From assembly GCA_021796455.1 (NCBI GenBank), contig JAKACA010000002.1, positions 916 to 64,915 on the forward strand: 64,000 nucleotides of DNA. The letters run 5' to 3'. Made by a program: the position numbers and the translations under genes. The stretch's first letter is position 1. Every line of letters begins with the position of its first letter. Source of the DNA: Actinomycetes bacterium (lineage in GTDB: Bacteria > Actinomycetota > Acidimicrobiia > Acidimicrobiales > Bog-793). This document shows, piece by piece, positions 18,116-28,100 of the stretch. The notes below the pieces were generated by a model. That model did no database searches, was not told the origin of the DNA, and saw only the letters and a list, made by a program, of their open reading frames with translations.

Positions 18116-18498
18116 CCCTCCCCCGTGCCAGCTCTGGCCGCGAGAGCGGCGTCGCCCGCCGCGCGAGGGCTCTTCGACCCGGCCCCTGCTGAGCCCTTAC
18201 GCGCCGGTCGAGTGCGATCTTTGGCGGTCTTGACGGCCCGCGTGGAGTCATATTCGCCCCAGACGCCCGAAATCTCGAGCAGCTTGCGCACAGTTTCGGT
18301 CGGCTGAGCCCCCTTCGACAGCCACTCTAGAGCTCGGTCGCTCTTGAGGGTGATCTCGGACGGATCGGATCTTGGTGCGTAGGTGCCGACGATCTCGATG
18401 AATCGCCCGTCTCGTGGCGATCGGCTGTCTGCGGCAACTATTCGGTACGTGGGCTGCTTCTTTTTTCCTACACGCATGAGGCGTAGCTTGACTGGCAC
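18112..18498 (-). CDS. rpsP: 30S ribosomal protein S16 (with a basic/Ala-rich C-terminal tail)
   Basis: [40 protein letters not shown]. Confidence 0.95.
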   Translation of the reverse strand: MPVKLRLMRVGKKKQPTYRIVAADSRSPRDGRFIEIVGTYAPRSDPSEITLKSDRALEWLSKGAQPTETVRKLLEISGVWGEYDSTRAVKTAKDRTRPARKGSAGAGSKSPRAAGDAALAARAGTGEG

Positions 18499-18551
18499 GG
18501 GTATCTCTTTCTCTCGATTAAAAAATGATCAGGGCTTTGCCAGAAGCACGA

Positions 18552-19922
18552 TTACCGAGCTCCTCGGCTCGAAGGGGTAAAACGGCTGCCTTTCTGCTTG
18601 CCCTTGTGAGGCTTGCGACCGGCACCACCTACGAGGCGGTTCACCGGTCCCAGCGTACGGACCATCTTCTGCATCTCCTTGAACTGTCTAAGGAGGTTGT
18701 TTACCTCGGCCGCGGAGGTTCCACTCCCGGTGGCGATCCTCGAGCGCCGTGAGCCGTCCAACGCCACTGCACCGCGGCGTTCATCGGGCGTCATCGACTT
18801 GATGATCGCCTCTATCCGGCCCACGTCCTTGTCGTCTATCTTTGCATTCCGGAAGTCCTTCGGAACTCCGGGCAGCATTCCGAGCATGCTCTGGAGCGGA
18901 CCGATTCGCTTGATCTGCTGTAGCTGCTCCAAGAAGTCGTCAAGGGAGAACTGACCCGACATGAGCCGCTCCGTCGCCTTCTCTGCGACGTCGCTGTCGT
19001 ACTCCCTCTCTGCCTTCTCGATCAGACTGAGAACATCACCCATCCCAAGGATGCGACGGGCCAGGCGGTCCGGGTAAAAGGTCTCGAAGTCGGAAGGGCG
19101 CTCTCCGGTCGAGATGAAGGCGATGGGCTTGCCCACCACCTGCTTGACCGATAGTGCAGCGCCCCCGCGAGCATCCCCGTCGACCTTGGTGAGGATGACG
19201 CCATCCAGGGCGAGCGCCTCGTTGAACGCCTCGGCCGTCCGGACGGCATCCTGGCCGGTCATCGCGTCCACGACAAACAAGGTGTAGTCGGGCCGAGTGA
19301 CTTCCGAGATTGCCCGGACCTCGGCCATCAGCGCGTCGTCTATAGCCAGACGCCCGGCAGTGTCGAGGATCACAATGTCGCGCCCAAGGCGTTCGGCCTC
19401 GGCGACACCCTCCCGGGCGACAGATACTGGGTCCGTCGTCTCTGAGAAGACGGTCGCACCTACATCCCGTCCGAGAATTCGCAACTGCTCGACTGCGGCA
19501 GGACGCTGCAAGTCTGCAGCCACGAGCAGGGGCTGGCGTCCCTGCTGTTTGAACCAACGAGCCAGCTTGGCTGCCACAGTCGTCTTGCCTGCACCCTGGA
19601 GGCCGGCGAGGAGGACGATCGTGGGTGGCTTGGACGCGTAGCGGATCTTGAGAGGCTCTCCTCCAAGGATACGCGTGAGCTCCTCGTCGACCACCTTGAT
19701 GACCTGCTGGGCGGGCGACAAGCTCTTTGCCAGCTCCGCTCCAACGCAGCGCGACCGGATAGCCTCAATGAGATCCTTGACCACAGCCAAGTTGACGTCG
19801 GCCTCAAGCAGGGCAACGCGGATCTCCCGAAGAACCTCGCTGACGTCGGAGTCGCTGAGATGCCCGCGGCTCCGCAGGCGCGCGACGATCCCCTCGAAGC
19901 GATCTGTAAGCGTCTCGAACAT
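18552..19922 (-). CDS. ffh: signal recognition particle protein Ffh
   Basis: MFETLTDRFEGIVARLR, GLQGAGKTTVAAKLA, DTAGRL, TKVDGDARGGAALS, and an M-domain. The start is at ATG 19922; the ORF opens at 20090. Confidence 0.95.
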   Translation of the reverse strand: MFETLTDRFEGIVARLRSRGHLSDSDVSEVLREIRVALLEADVNLAVVKDLIEAIRSRCVGAELAKSLSPAQQVIKVVDEELTRILGGEPLKIRYASKPPTIVLLAGLQGAGKTTVAAKLARWFKQQGRQPLLVAADLQRPAAVEQLRILGRDVGATVFSETTDPVSVAREGVAEAERLGRDIVILDTAGRLAIDDALMAEVRAISEVTRPDYTLFVVDAMTGQDAVRTAEAFNEALALDGVILTKVDGDARGGAALSVKQVVGKPIAFISTGERPSDFETFYPDRLARRILGMGDVLSLIEKAEREYDSDVAEKATERLMSGQFSLDDFLEQLQQIKRIGPLQSMLGMLPGVPKDFRNAKIDDKDVGRIEAIIKSMTPDERRGAVALDGSRRSRIATGSGTSAAEVNNLLRQFKEMQKMVRTLGPVNRLVGGAGRKPHKGKQKGSRFTPSSRGAR

Positions 19923-19965
19923 TGGCCTTGTTAGGTTACTAGGGGCGGAGGCAGGGGCCGGATCC

Positions 19966-21117
19966 TCACCCGAGCAGAGCCGCGACGAACTCGGCTGGGT
20001 CGAAATCGACCAGATCGGCAACTCCCTCACCGACACCGACGAGCTTGATCGGAAGCCCGAGCTCACTTCGGATGGCGAGCACGACGCCACCCTTGGCCGT
20101 ACCGTCGAGCTTCGTCAGCACCACACCGGTGACTCCGACAGCGTCTCGGAACTGCTTCGCCTGCACGACGCCGTTCTGCCCGGTCGTGGCATCCAGCACC
20201 AGCAGGACCTCGGTGAGGTGGCCGGGTGGCCTATCGGCAATGCGCCTAACCTTTCGAAGCTCCTCCATTAGGTTGACCTTCGTATGGAGACGGCCGGCGG
20301 TATCGGCCAACACAAGGTCGCTGCCCCGCGCAGCGGCATGTGCGACAGCGTCGAAAATGACCGACGAGGGATCGGCGCCTTCGGCGCCGCGAACAAGCGT
20401 CGCGCCAGTGCGCTCAGCCCACGCCTCGAGCTGCTCGCCGGCGGCGGCCCGAAACGTGTCTCCAGCAGCAAGCACGACCTTTCGTCCCTCGGCAAGCTCG
20501 CGGGCCGCCACCTTGCCAATCGTCGTCGTCTTTCCCACGCCGTTCACACCCACAAAGAGCCAGACGGTCGGTCCGCCGTCTTCGCCGAGAGACATTGCGG
20601 ACTCGTCTCCGTCGAAGATTGCCTCGAGGTCGGAGCGCAGGGCTGCCAGCAGGGCCTCCGGCGTACCAGCAACCGCTCCTGAGCGAACCTTCGCCCGCAG
20701 ATCCTCGAGAACCTTGGTCGTCGTGGTGACTCCGGCATCGGCCAGGAGGAGAGCTTCTTCGAGCTCGTCGAAAGTAGCCCCGTCAACTGGCTTCGACCGG
20801 ATTCCGGTGAGATAGCCGCCAAGAAGCTGACGGGCCTTTCCGAGTCTGTCGCCAAGCGCCGGTCGCCCGGCGCGGAGCTGCTCGGCAGCTTCCCCTTCGG
20901 CCAAGTCCCTCTCGGCCAGCTCTCGAAGATCTGAATCGACGGTATCGGGGGAAGGCTGCGCGGTTTGCTGCTCGAGAAGTAAGGTACCTGTGGGCGGCCG
21001 GGAGGCCGACGACCCGGCCACAGCGTTTCGTTGGCGCCGCGAGCGGGTGGAGACGACCAAAGCGGTCGCGGCCAGGAGGACGGCAAGCACTACGACGAGG
21101 ACGAGAACGAGCACCAT
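19966..21117 (-). CDS. ftsY: signal recognition particle receptor FtsY
   Basis: An N-terminal hydrophobic anchor, then VGVNGVGKTTTIGK, DTAGRLH, TKLDGTAKGG. Confidence 0.95.
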   Translation of the reverse strand: MVLVLVLVVVLAVLLAATALVVSTRSRRQRNAVAGSSASRPPTGTLLLEQQTAQPSPDTVDSDLRELAERDLAEGEAAEQLRAGRPALGDRLGKARQLLGGYLTGIRSKPVDGATFDELEEALLLADAGVTTTTKVLEDLRAKVRSGAVAGTPEALLAALRSDLEAIFDGDESAMSLGEDGGPTVWLFVGVNGVGKTTTIGKVAARELAEGRKVVLAAGDTFRAAAGEQLEAWAERTGATLVRGAEGADPSSVIFDAVAHAAARGSDLVLADTAGRLHTKVNLMEELRKVRRIADRPPGHLTEVLLVLDATTGQNGVVQAKQFRDAVGVTGVVLTKLDGTAKGGVVLAIRSELGLPIKLVGVGEGVADLVDFDPAEFVAALLG

Positions 21118-21221
21118 GGCCCGGCGAGCCTAGTTCGGGGCCGACCTGTCACCTCCGCGCAGGAGAAAGCCATGGCTATCCAAAGGTCGGCACCACCGTG
21201 GCGGACGAGACCTCGGATGTC

Positions 21222-24200
21222 TCAGCCGGTGCGAGTGCCTCTTGACGCGTCGAGCCGTTCGCTGACGACCTTCGAGGCACCGCCGGGTTGTAACGAGACG
21301 CCGTAGAGGACGTCGGCCGACTCCATCGTCCGCTTCTGATGAGAGACGACGAGCAGCTGAGCCTCTCCGCGGAACTCCTCCACGAGAGCAAGGAAGCGGT
21401 GCAGGTTGACGTCGTCGAGGGCGGCCTCCACCTCGTCCATGAGGTAAAAGGGCGATGGGCGGCTGCGGAACACGGCGAAGAGGAACGCGAGAGCCACCAG
21501 CGAGCGCTCGCCACCAGACAGAAGTGAGAGTCGGCGAACATTGCGACCAGCCGGCCGCGCTTCGATCTCAACTCCGCTTGCCAACAGGTCGTTCGGGTCG
21601 ACGAGGCTGAGGCTGCCTGCACCACCAGGGAAGAGAGTCGAGAAGAGAACCTCGAAATGCCTCGCGACGTCGGAGAAAGCCGCCGTGAAACCGTTGACTA
21701 TCTCGTCGTCGACGGCTCGGATGACCTTCGACAGCTCCCGTCGTGCGGAGCGGACATCTTCGAGCTGCCCGGCAAGGAACTGGTCCCGCTCCTCGAGCGC
21801 GGCAAGCTCGTCGAGCGCCAGCGCGTTGACGGGGCCGAGGAGGCGCAGGTCCCTCTCGAGCTCTCGCACTCGCGCCCCCGGAGAGGTTCCCGGCGGCAGC
21901 TCTGGGCACGCCGCTGCGACGGCCGTTGCCGGTTCTGAGTCAAGGTCTTGGCGCACCACTGCTATCGCGGCCTCAAGCCTCACGCGTAGCTCGGTCAGCT
22001 CCAGCTCGGAGCGCTGGATGCCCTCACGGACGAGTGCCAGCGCTTTCTCGGCCCGCGCTCGATCCGAACGCGCTTCAAGCAACTGGTTGGAGGTCGACGA
22101 CACCGTTGCGTCGTGCATGAAGCGGCGCTGCCGCAATGCGACCAAGAGGCGATCCAGCTCCGCGGCTGCACTCGCGCACAGATCTGCGAGCCGCTCGAGC
22201 GCGACGGTGGACAGCTCGTGCGCCTTACGCCGCGCGGCGGCCTGCCGTCTCTCGCTCTCGTATCCTGCGAGCCTGTCCTCGATCTGTGCGAGACGCTCCC
22301 CGAGCATCGCGCGCCGCTGCTCGATGCCCGCTGAGCGCAGCTGAAACTCAGCCCGGCGCGACGCGAGTGATCTGGCCCGTTCGTCCAGCTGACGGCGGTC
22401 GAGAGCAGACCTCTGGGCCACCTCGGCAGCTTCTCGCTCGCGCCGCTCCGCCGCGTCGAGGTCGACCTGCCGGGCCCTAAGTGCGACATCATGCAGATCG
22501 ACTTGGCGCCGGCACTCCTCGACTGAACCGTGCGCGGCGGGGATCTGTTGAGCTATCAGCTGAAGCCGCCGCTCCTGTTCGTCGAGGCGGGACCTCGCCT
22601 GGCGCTCTTCGGCGACCGCAGCGGCAAAGCGCCGGCCGACTTCGGCGACCGCGCTACGCGTCCGAGCGTGCGTCCGGCGCGCCTCCTCAGCCAGCGCCCT
22701 TGCCTGATCTGCCTCTGCCGACACCCTCCCGGCATCGACACGCAGCGAATCGAGGGCGGCTCTCGTAGCACCCGATCGGCCCGCCCCAAGTCGCCACTCG
22801 TCGGCCGAGAACCGGTCCCCATCGAGAGTGACGACCGTGAGCTCGTCGGGCAGTGTCGCGACAAGATCGAGGGCCGTCTTAAGGTCGCCACGGCACAAGA
22901 TGACGCCTGCCAGCAGGCGGTCGAGAAGCGAGTCGACGCCTGGACGAGTCGCCCGGACACAGGAGCGAAAGAGGTCGGCTCCTCCCGGCGCGGCCCCCAC
23001 CAAGTTGCGCCTGCTCCTTGCCTCCGCCAGCACAACTGAGCCGTCCAACCGAGCCTCACGCAGATGCTCGACGGCTGCGCGTGCTTCGACTGCACCCTCT
23101 ACCACGACTGCTCGGAGCGCATCTGCGACACTGGCCTCGAATGCCAGCTCGCATCCGTCGTCGAGCTCGACGACGTCGAGAAGAGTCCCAAGCACACCCG
23201 GGCACCCGGCGAGGTGATCCACACCAGCCCGCGCGTGAGCCTCGTCGAGAGCGAGCTGGAGAGCCTCTGCACGAGCGACCAGAGCTTGAGCCTGCTCTAC
23301 CAGCTCCCGAGCTCTGGCCTCCATCGCAAGAACGCTCGCCGCGGCGTCACGTTCCTCTGTTTCGGCGGCGGAAAGAAGACTCGTGACAGTCGCGGTCGTT
23401 GCCGCGTACCGGTCGATCTCGGCGCGCGCGACCGCGACCGAAGCTTCTAGCTCGACTCTCTGTCCCATAAGCGAGGACTCGCGCTCGATCGCGGTCGCGA
23501 GTGCCTCTCTCGCGGCTGCCAGCTGAGCCATGACGCCGTCGCGACCGCGCCGTTGCCTCATCACGTCGTCCGAGGCCGCAGACAGGGCCCCGAGGCCATG
23601 GGGACGATCTCTTTCGGCCCAGGCGGTCTCAGCTGCCTCGAGGTCGGCAGCATCGCCCTCGAGCACCACTGCCTCCGAACGCAGCTCACCGGTCAGAGCC
23701 GAGGTCTGCGCCAGCTCCGCCTCGAGCCGAGCGTACTCGGACTCGAGTGACGCCACGACATCGACGTCGGAGCTTTGAACAAGCGCGGCTGCCACGCTTC
23801 GTCGCCGCTCGGCGATCACGTTGGCCACACCGCGAGCTCGCTCGGCGAGTCTCTCCGCCACGCCCAGCATCGGGATGACTTCATCGACCTGCACGGCGCT
23901 CAAGCGCGCCTCGCCGGCCGCAACCGCCTGGTCGAGTCGCGCGAGAGTCGCCTCTAGGCGGCTCTCCTCGACGGCGAGGGACGTCCGAGACGACTTGGCA
24001 TGCGCTATCCGCTGCTCGAGCGAGCTCACATCCCTGCCTGCGAGGTAGAGCCGCAGCGCTCTCAGCTCGAGGACCAGGGACTCGTGGCGGCGGGCAGCTT
24101 CGGCTTGCCGTTCCAGCGGTCTCAGCTGGCGGCGCACCTCGCGATGCAGGTCCTGCAACCGCAACAAGTTCGACTCCGTGGCCTCGATGCGGCGCTCGGC

Positions 24201-24728
24201 CCTCTCTCGGCGTCGCCGGAACTTGAGGACTCCGGCGGCCTCTTCGATGATGGCCCGGCGATCCTCGGGGCGAGCCTGTAGCACTGCGTCGAGCTGGCCC
24301 TGACCCATGATGACGTGCTGCTGGCGGCCCACCCCGGCATCTGAAAGGAGCTCTTGGACATCGAGAAGACGGCATGGCGCACCATTGAGCGAGTACTCGC
24401 TCTCCCCGCTTCGAAACAGCGTTCTTGTGATCGTCACCTCGGCCAAGTCGACCGGGAGCCGGCCCGAGGAGTTGTCGATTGTGATCGTCACCTCGGCCCG
24501 TCCCAACGCGGGTCTCTTGACTGTGCCGGCAAAGATGACGTCATCCATCTTCGACGAACGGACGACGCGCGGTCCCTGGGCGCCGAGGACCCACGCGACC
24601 GCGTCGACGACGTTTGACTTGCCCGATCCGTTCGGTCCCACGATGACAGTGACGCCCGGCTCGAACTCGAGGGTCGTCGGGTCGGCGAACGACTTGAACC
24701 CTCGGAGCGACAGCGACTTTAGATACAC
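21222..24728 (-). CDS. smc: chromosome segregation protein SMC
   Basis: MYLKSLSLRGFKSFADPT..GPNGSGKSNVVDA (Walker A), long coiled coils, a hinge, then the C-terminal LSGGERSLVALAFLFA and FYLMDEVEAALD. Confidence 0.95.
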   Translation of the reverse strand: MYLKSLSLRGFKSFADPTTLEFEPGVTVIVGPNGSGKSNVVDAVAWVLGAQGPRVVRSSKMDDVIFAGTVKRPALGRAEVTITIDNSSGRLPVDLAEVTITRTLFRSGESEYSLNGAPCRLLDVQELLSDAGVGRQQHVIMGQGQLDAVLQARPEDRRAIIEEAAGVLKFRRRRERAERRIEATESNLLRLQDLHREVRRQLRPLERQAEAARRHESLVLELRALRLYLAGRDVSSLEQRIAHAKSSRTSLAVEESRLEATLARLDQAVAAGEARLSAVQVDEVIPMLGVAERLAERARGVANVIAERRRSVAAALVQSSDVDVVASLESEYARLEAELAQTSALTGELRSEAVVLEGDAADLEAAETAWAERDRPHGLGALSAASDDVMRQRRGRDGVMAQLAAAREALATAIERESSLMGQRVELEASVAVARAEIDRYAATTATVTSLLSAAETEERDAAASVLAMEARARELVEQAQALVARAEALQLALDEAHARAGVDHLAGCPGVLGTLLDVVELDDGCELAFEASVADALRAVVVEGAVEARAAVEHLREARLDGSVVLAEARSRRNLVGAAPGGADLFRSCVRATRPGVDSLLDRLLAGVILCRGDLKTALDLVATLPDELTVVTLDGDRFSADEWRLGAGRSGATRAALDSLRVDAGRVSAEADQARALAEEARRTHARTRSAVAEVGRRFAAAVAEERQARSRLDEQERRLQLIAQQIPAAHGSVEECRRQVDLHDVALRARQVDLDAAERREREAAEVAQRSALDRRQLDERARSLASRRAEFQLRSAGIEQRRAMLGERLAQIEDRLAGYESERRQAAARRKAHELSTVALERLADLCASAAAELDRLLVALRQRRFMHDATVSSTSNQLLEARSDRARAEKALALVREGIQRSELELTELRVRLEAAIAVVRQDLDSEPATAVAAACPELPPGTSPGARVRELERDLRLLGPVNALALDELAALEERDQFLAGQLEDVRSARRELSKVIRAVDDEIVNGFTAAFSDVARHFEVLFSTLFPGGAGSLSLVDPNDLLASGVEIEARPAGRNVRRLSLLSGGERSLVALAFLFAVFRSRPSPFYLMDEVEAALDDVNLHRFLALVEEFRGEAQLLVVSHQKRTMESADVLYGVSLQPGGASKVVSERLDASRGTRTG

Positions 24729-24818
24729 GGCGCGCCCACGCTAGCTGTCCCGAGGCCCTCTCACCCGAAAGCGAGGAAGCTCGCGCTGAGAGCGCTCGGC
24801 CAGCTCGCCGCCGACGGT

Positions 24819-25667
24819 TCAGTGTTGGCAACCCTCGCAGCAGTAGGCGACACGAGCGCCGAACCTCACCCGGGACACGATCGTGCCGCAGCGGAGACAT
24901 CTCTGACCGAGCCGGTCGTAAACCTTGTGATGGAGCTGGTATGAGCCGGCGTCGCCCATCACGTCCCTATAGCTCATGTCGCGGAGAGACGACCCGCCGA
25001 GCGCCACAGCGCTGTGCAGCAAACGCTTGGTCGATCGACTGAGCCGGCCGATCTCAACTGGTGTGAGGCTGTGAGTCTGGCGGTCCGGACGGATCCGGGA
25101 TGCAAAGCATATTTCGTCTGCATAGATGCTCCCAATGCCGGCTACTACCCGCTGGTCGGTGAGCGCTGCCTTGAGCGGCACTCTACGACCTGCCAATCGC
25201 TGTCGCAGGATCTCGGCGGACAACCCGTCGAGCAGGGGATCCGGGCCAAGGTTGGAGAAGTCGGCCGGTAGGCCGTCGGATCCAACGTCGCTCACCACGT
25301 ACCACTCCCCAAACGTTCTCGGGTCTACGAAGCGAAGCTCGCTCCGGTCACCCAGCCTCGCCACGACGTGGGTGTGGGGCCGTAGCGGAGGTGCAGACAC
25401 CTCCTCGGCGTCCTCGACCCACAGGAGCTGTCCGCTCATCCTGAGATGGATCACGAGCACTCGAGCGTCGTCGAGGATGACAGCGATGAACTTCCCCTTG
25501 CGCCTCACGGCTTCGACCCTGCGTCCCTCCAAGCTGGCGACGAGCTCAGCTGCCGCCTGGCGGCGCACGGTCCGTCGTCCCGTGACGCTCACTTCGGCGA
25601 AGCATTTCCCGATCAGGTGCTCCTCGAGACCACGGCGGACCGTCTCGACCTCGGGCAGTTCAGGCAC
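24819..25667 (-). CDS. mutM: formamidopyrimidine-DNA glycosylase
   Basis: GTG 25667 gives (M)PELPEVETVRRGL, the canonical Fpg N-terminus. The C-terminal zinc finger is CLRCGTIVSRVRFGARVAYCCEGCQ. Confidence 0.9.
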   Translation of the reverse strand: MPELPEVETVRRGLEEHLIGKCFAEVSVTGRRTVRRQAAAELVASLEGRRVEAVRRKGKFIAVILDDARVLVIHLRMSGQLLWVEDAEEVSAPPLRPHTHVVARLGDRSELRFVDPRTFGEWYVVSDVGSDGLPADFSNLGPDPLLDGLSAEILRQRLAGRRVPLKAALTDQRVVAGIGSIYADEICFASRIRPDRQTHSLTPVEIGRLSRSTKRLLHSAVALGGSSLRDMSYRDVMGDAGSYQLHHKVYDRLGQRCLRCGTIVSRVRFGARVAYCCEGCQH

Positions 25668-25724
25668 GCGCCACCTCGGGCAAGCTGGAGCTCGGGCTCG
25701 GCCCATAGGAGAGCTCTGCTGGCT

Positions 25725-26420
25725 TCACCCCGACCGCCTGTGAGGAACGTCGTTTGCCTGCCGGTCCAGCAATGTCCTAAGTGCCTCAGCAGCTGCACTG
25801 CGCTCGGCCGCCTTCTTCGATCGACCTCCCCCGGTACCAAGCTGCTCGCCGCCCAGGCTTACAGCTGCCGTGAACTGCTTCGCGTGATCGGGCCCGTTCT
25901 CTGACACGACATAGACCGGTAGGCCGAGCTCAATCTGAGCAGCCAGCTCCTGTAACCGGTTCTTCGGATCGCCTAGGCGGGCTTGTGAGGCGACTGCGGT
26001 GATCAAAGGACCAAGCAGTCCGAGGATGAAGCGGCTGGCACCATCGAGGCCGGCCGAAAGATACACCGCCCCGATCACGGCCTCGAGGCCGTCCGCGAGG
26101 ATCGAAGCTTTCTGTCGGCCCCCGGAGACCTCTTCTCCTTTGCCGAGCAGCAGAGCGTCACCGATCCCGAGCGAACCCGCCACAGGTGCAAGGGCCAGCG
26201 TGCTCACGACGGCTGCCCTAACTCGAGCGAGGTCCCCTTCTGGTAGCTCTGGGTACGAGGCGAAGAGGTGCTCTGCTACGACCAGACCCAGCACGGCATC
26301 TCCGAGGAGCTCGAGCCTTTCGTTGGAGGCCTGCATCGGCGTCTCCGCGCAAAACGAGCGGTGCGAAAGCGCCTGGCGCAGAAGTTCAGGCGAGATCCCG
26401 TACTCGGCGATGCTCGCCAC
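25725..26420 (-). CDS. rnc: ribonuclease III
   Basis: LRQALSHRSF...NERLELLGDAVLGLVVAEHLF and a dsRBD tail. The start is set at GTG 26420, preceded by GGGGAG with a 6-nt spacer; the ORF opens at 26540 and would overlap the ACP gene. Confidence 0.9.
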   Translation of the reverse strand: MASIAEYGISPELLRQALSHRSFCAETPMQASNERLELLGDAVLGLVVAEHLFASYPELPEGDLARVRAAVVSTLALAPVAGSLGIGDALLLGKGEEVSGGRQKASILADGLEAVIGAVYLSAGLDGASRFILGLLGPLITAVASQARLGDPKNRLQELAAQIELGLPVYVVSENGPDHAKQFTAAVSLGGEQLGTGGGRSKKAAERSAAAEALRTLLDRQANDVPHRRSG

Positions 26421-26463
26421 GAAGCGCTCCCCCGCGGAGTCTCCCGCCGCGGGTGATACGCGG

Positions 26464-26751
26464 TCAGGCGGCGTCGAGCTTTGCTGCGACGTAGTCGACA
26501 GCGTCCCTGACAGTTCGTAGGTCCTCGAGGTCCTCGTCATCGATGCGGAAGCCTGCTACTCGGTCGCTCAGCTCCTCCTCCAATGCCTCCACGAGCTCTA
26601 TCAGCGCCAGGGAGTCGGCATCGAGGTCGTCCGCGAAAGAAGACGACTCGGTGATGCCAGCGGCGTCGATCTCGAGTATTTCCGCCAGCTGATTGCGGAC
26701 GATGTCGAGCACATCGCCCCGTGTCAAAGTCCCGCCGGTCGCTTCAGCCAC
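26464..26751 (-). CDS. acyl carrier protein-like protein
   Basis: SSFADDLDADSLALIELVEALEEEL carries the DSL phosphopantetheine attachment motif. The start is set at GTG 26751, behind AAGGAGGGG with a 6-nt spacer. A C-terminal tail (FRIDDEDLEDLRTVRDAVDYV) is present. Confidence 0.8.
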   Translation of the reverse strand: MAEATGGTLTRGDVLDIVRNQLAEILEIDAAGITESSSFADDLDADSLALIELVEALEEELSDRVAGFRIDDEDLEDLRTVRDAVDYVAAKLDAA

Positions 26752-26865
26752 GAGTGGCCCCTCCTTCACGTCGATCCTGTAGTCGGATGCTACCGTCGGC
26801 GCCAACCGGCGGCATTGGTTCGCGCCATGATGCCATCGTCATCCTCATCGGCGCCTACCGGTTCC

Positions 26866-27867
26866 CTAGGCCGTAACGGCTGCCGCAAGCTTGCCGGACA
26901 GATCCCTCGAGGCCAGGTCGTGGCCCGCACGAATCGCGTTGACGATCGCTCGAGAGGAGGACGAACCGTGGCTGATGATGCACACGCCCTGCAAGCCAAG
27001 GAGCATGGCACCGCCAGTGTTGTCCGGGTCGAGGGGCGCGGCACGCTCGAGGAGCGCGGGTAGCAAGACGTCACCGGCCGCCTTGTTCTCCGGCGTGGCA
27101 GCCAGCACCTGCAGGACAATGTCCATGACGGTGCGCAGCGCTCCTTCGAGCGTCTTTAGGGCGACATTGCCAGTAAACCCGTCTGTGACGATGACGTTGA
27201 CGCCGCCGGCCAGCAGGTCACGACCCTCGACGTTGCCGACGAACTCGAAACCGGCCCAAGGATCGCCTGCCGCCAAGAGGGCGTGAGCTCCCTTCGTCGT
27301 GCTGTCGCCCTTCGAAGGCTCCTCGCCGATAGACAGCATGGCCACACTCGGACGCGCGAGCCCGTAGCGCTCACGATAAAAGGCTGCCCCCATCTGCGCG
27401 AACTGAACGAGCCATTCGCTCTGGCAGTCGGAGTTCGCGCCGGCATCGACGAGCACCGTGGGGGCATCGCCGAGAGCAGGCAGCGGAGTCGCTATGCACG
27501 GGCGAGCTACCCCCCGGAGTCGTCCCATGCGCAGGAGGGCGCTCGCCATGGTGGCACCAGTGTTACCTGCGCTCACCATCGCGCAGGCGCGCCCGTCGCG
27601 AACGGCCTCCGCCGCACGCACGAGCGACGAGTCCTTCTTCGTCCTCACAGCGCGAGCTGCGTCCTCCGACATGGTGATTACCTCGCTTGCAGGTATCACC
27701 TCGAGCCCACCGACGTCGCCGAGACTGCCATCGGTCGGGCCGACCAGCACGACCGGTATGCCCAGTTCGTCGGCTGCGCGCCGCGCTCCCGAGACGATCT
27801 CGAACGGGGCGCGGTCGCCCCCCATCGCGTCGACGGCGACGGGGAGGCCGGAGAGTCCCGCGCTCAT
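26866..27867 (-). CDS. plsX: phosphate acyltransferase PlsX
   Basis: VAVDAMGGDRAP, VSAGNTGA, FVGNVEGRDL, TDGFTGNVALK. Confidence 0.95.
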   Translation of the reverse strand: MSAGLSGLPVAVDAMGGDRAPFEIVSGARRAADELGIPVVLVGPTDGSLGDVGGLEVIPASEVITMSEDAARAVRTKKDSSLVRAAEAVRDGRACAMVSAGNTGATMASALLRMGRLRGVARPCIATPLPALGDAPTVLVDAGANSDCQSEWLVQFAQMGAAFYRERYGLARPSVAMLSIGEEPSKGDSTTKGAHALLAAGDPWAGFEFVGNVEGRDLLAGGVNVIVTDGFTGNVALKTLEGALRTVMDIVLQVLAATPENKAAGDVLLPALLERAAPLDPDNTGGAMLLGLQGVCIISHGSSSSRAIVNAIRAGHDLASRDLSGKLAAAVTA

Positions 27868-27910
27868 GGTGCGATGGGGCAGCGTACCGGCAGCGACCCG
27901 TCCGGCGGGC

Positions 27911-28090
27911 TCAACCTACCTCGATCGCCTGCCGGCCGTGATACCAGCCACAGTGCGGGCAGACGACGTGGGGGAGCTTGGCGCGCCGACACTGAGGGCA
28001 GATGCTGCGCGGCGGCTCCTTGAGGGTCCAGGCCGACGCTCGCCGGCTGCGGCTCTTCGACTTCGATGTCTTCTTCTTCGGGACGGCCAT
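27911..28090 (-). CDS. rpmF: 50S ribosomal protein L32 (zinc-ribbon C+ form)
   Basis: MAVPKKKTSKSKSRSRRA...CPQCRRAKLPHVVCPHCGWY. The start is at ATG 28090; the ORF opens at 28231. Confidence 0.95.
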   Translation of the reverse strand: MAVPKKKTSKSKSRSRRASAWTLKEPPRSICPQCRRAKLPHVVCPHCGWYHGRQAIEVG

Positions 28091-28100
28091 CTTCGCTTCC

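Noticed and set aside
17604-18233. A plus-strand ORF containing a long poly-Ser run ([24 protein letters not shown]).
   Set aside because: It is the mirror image of the D/E-L repeat of the KH-protein extension on the minus strand. That extension is supported by ATGA coupling to rpsP and by the KH core that follows it.
18552-20090. N-terminally extended ORF-track versions of ffh (512 aa), rplS (159 aa), rpmF (106 aa), recG, rnc, thiL, sufC, the Rieske gene, the acyl-CoA dehydrogenase and others.
   Set aside because: The extensions are low-complexity and overlap upstream genes. Canonical N-termini with an SD or with stop/start overlaps are found internally, so I trimmed the starts rather than treat the extensions as novel domains.
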